Virus record (IMG/VR): IMGVR_UViG_3300042881_002516 | Span: 1,293 to 65,292 of that record | Direction: 5' to 3' (one strand) | Origin: a virus | Taxonomy: Duplodnaviria > Caudoviricetes | DNA: 64,000 nt | Part shown: positions 63,601 to 64,000 of the stretch, piece by piece | Layout: each line of letters begins with the position of its first letter | Position numbering within the stretch: position 1 is the stretch's first letter | The notes under the pieces: model-generated | Seen by the model: the letters and a program-made list of their open reading frames with translations, nothing else | Databases searched by the model: none | What the model was told of the DNA's origin: nothing | Program-made: the position numbers and the translations under genes

Positions 63601-64000
63601 CTCAAGCGTAAAATCGCCTGTCCCAAAATCTAGTCCAGACGCCGTTCCAAGCGTCAGATAATCCCCACTCCCATCAAAGTAACCGCTGCCACCGACCGAA
63701 CCAGTGCTGTAGGCCGTGGTAGGGTTGAAGGGCGAGAATGGCTGGACGCTGACATCACCGTTGCGGGTAATCGCAAAGGCGTTAGACGAAGCGTCAAGAA
63801 ACCTGTTGGCTTGGCAAGTAAGAAGCGAAGTGTTGGTGATTGCCGTCAGGGGCGCGGTTGGAACTGTAAAGTCAGCGGTGTATACCGCGCTGCCTTTCAC
63901 CACGCGAAAATTTGAAAAATAGCCAGTCAAGCCATTGTTGCCGTCTGCGTCTATGCCAATTCTAACGCTGCCGGTGCTTGTTCCAGTTAAGTTGCTTGAA
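60625..64000 (-). CDS. LamG-repeat tail fibre, C-terminal part (start beyond window end)
   Basis: Frame is open to 63999; five complete GDFT.E.W...W.H.A..R...GY...RI.KG modules. Confidence 0.88.
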   Translation of the reverse strand, partial: SSNLTGTSTGSVRIGIDADGNNGLTGYFSNFRVVKGSAVYTADFTVPTAPLTAITNTSLLTCQANRFLDASSNAFAITRNGDVSVQPFSPFNPTTAYSTGSVGGSGYFDGSGDYLTLGTASGLDFGTGDFTLESWFYLTSTSNADQGIISDNGGSFAAGSVILKARHTFYSGHVTVQSYNFNSGGAPLLESTTVVVPNAWYHVAVVRSGNTFSLYVNGTREDTETYTGSINFNNNNGTNIGRSIVDGAGGALTGFMSSLRAIKGTAQYSGTTLTVPTAPLTAVTNTSLLCNYTNAGIFDNAAVADYETVGNAQINTSVKKYGTGSMAFDGSGDYLKTPVTTNLDFGTGDFTIEMWVYFNNTTDSGGLGVGLITNPTGTYSTIYSSTNNGTTLTFYNGSGIVSGTISLSNWIHVAVSRSAGVVKMFINGNQTGSASHTSAVSFSGAFVGSQTASGGYLNGYIDDLRISKGVGRYTYSFTPPTAEFPNIGGTVTLTADPYYDYTTLLLPGNGTNGAQNNTFLDSSTNNFTITRNGNTTQGTFSPFSQTGWSNYFDGTTDYLSTPSNAAFGMGTGDFTLEAWVYFTAAQAEKHIIDNGTSGGIFLKTQATTVGIGRAMVAEDTMFSYSFQPNAWYHIAFTRSGSTVYGFVNGSQIGSATNTVNYATGACYVGAASDATKSVNGYISNLRIVKGTAVYTSAFTVPTAPLTAITNTSLLTCQSNRFVDNSSNAFAITRNGDVSVQAFSPFNPTAAWSAATYGGSGYFDGSGDYLNGPSTGQFAPTGDFTISMWIYPTSFAASFYVLAGSWAGAGAANEWLIQYDNTGAIRFLTTTDSTFSAAGVIKLNQWQFLSISRTGSTLTGYVNGTSFRSYTLTGTVGSATKVVYIGIQSGTTWPYIGYMADFRMVAGSAESATPPTSPATAISGTNMLLNFTNAGIYDATSKNDLETVGNAQISTTQSKFGGSSIYLDGTGDYCLFPVSQNFAFGTGDFTLECWIRTNRTTQSLFGLETGTGSYGLVFSGGDLYWQNSTMVANLMNASATSILDNNWHHVALTRYNGTSRMFFDGVQVVSASDSTNYTATTKMNVGYQHTPANYYLGYINDLRITKGIARYTSNFTPPTTAFLTL

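Noticed and set aside
60625-64000. Diversity-generating retroelement TR/VR pair
   Set aside because: No reverse transcriptase; repeats are in-frame linkers and differences are not adenine-specific
1-64000. tRNA, rRNA, integrase/att sites, alternative genetic code
   Set aside because: No cloverleaf or recombinase motifs seen; genes are intact and densely packed under the standard code, with all three stop codons used

Overview
The window holds nearly all of a GC-rich, short-tailed (podovirus-like) dsDNA phage genome, almost entirely encoded on the minus strand. It is probably circularly permuted, because both ends lie inside the same kind of LamG-repeat tail-fibre gene. The modules are: tail and fibre genes (1-8.3 kb and 52-64 kb); a head module with major capsid, scaffold, GroES, portal and TerL (9-21.5 kb); a GATC-repeat non-coding tract; an early region with a class II glutamine amidotransferase, an amidoligase and a DUF932-like gene (22-27 kb); TerS and an AT-rich putative origin; a replication module with PolA, UvrD-like helicase, AEP primase, SSB, SNF2 helicase and PD-(D/E)XK exonuclease (33-42 kb); four large internal/ejection proteins (42-52 kb); and lysis genes. 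I saw no integrase, tRNA, rRNA or CRISPR array. The most interesting signals are a recurrent [FYM]-x-[KEDY]-GG peptide motif shared by otherwise unrelated late proteins (possible capsid-targeting or processing system, with an HExxH protein as candidate protease), a double-pseudoknot 5' leader RNA after the capsid gene, a polyproline/Cys-repeat protein, a perfect 16-bp inverted repeat bracketing the early region, and cassette-like LamG fibre modules. All calls come from motif recognition by eye; no searches were run.
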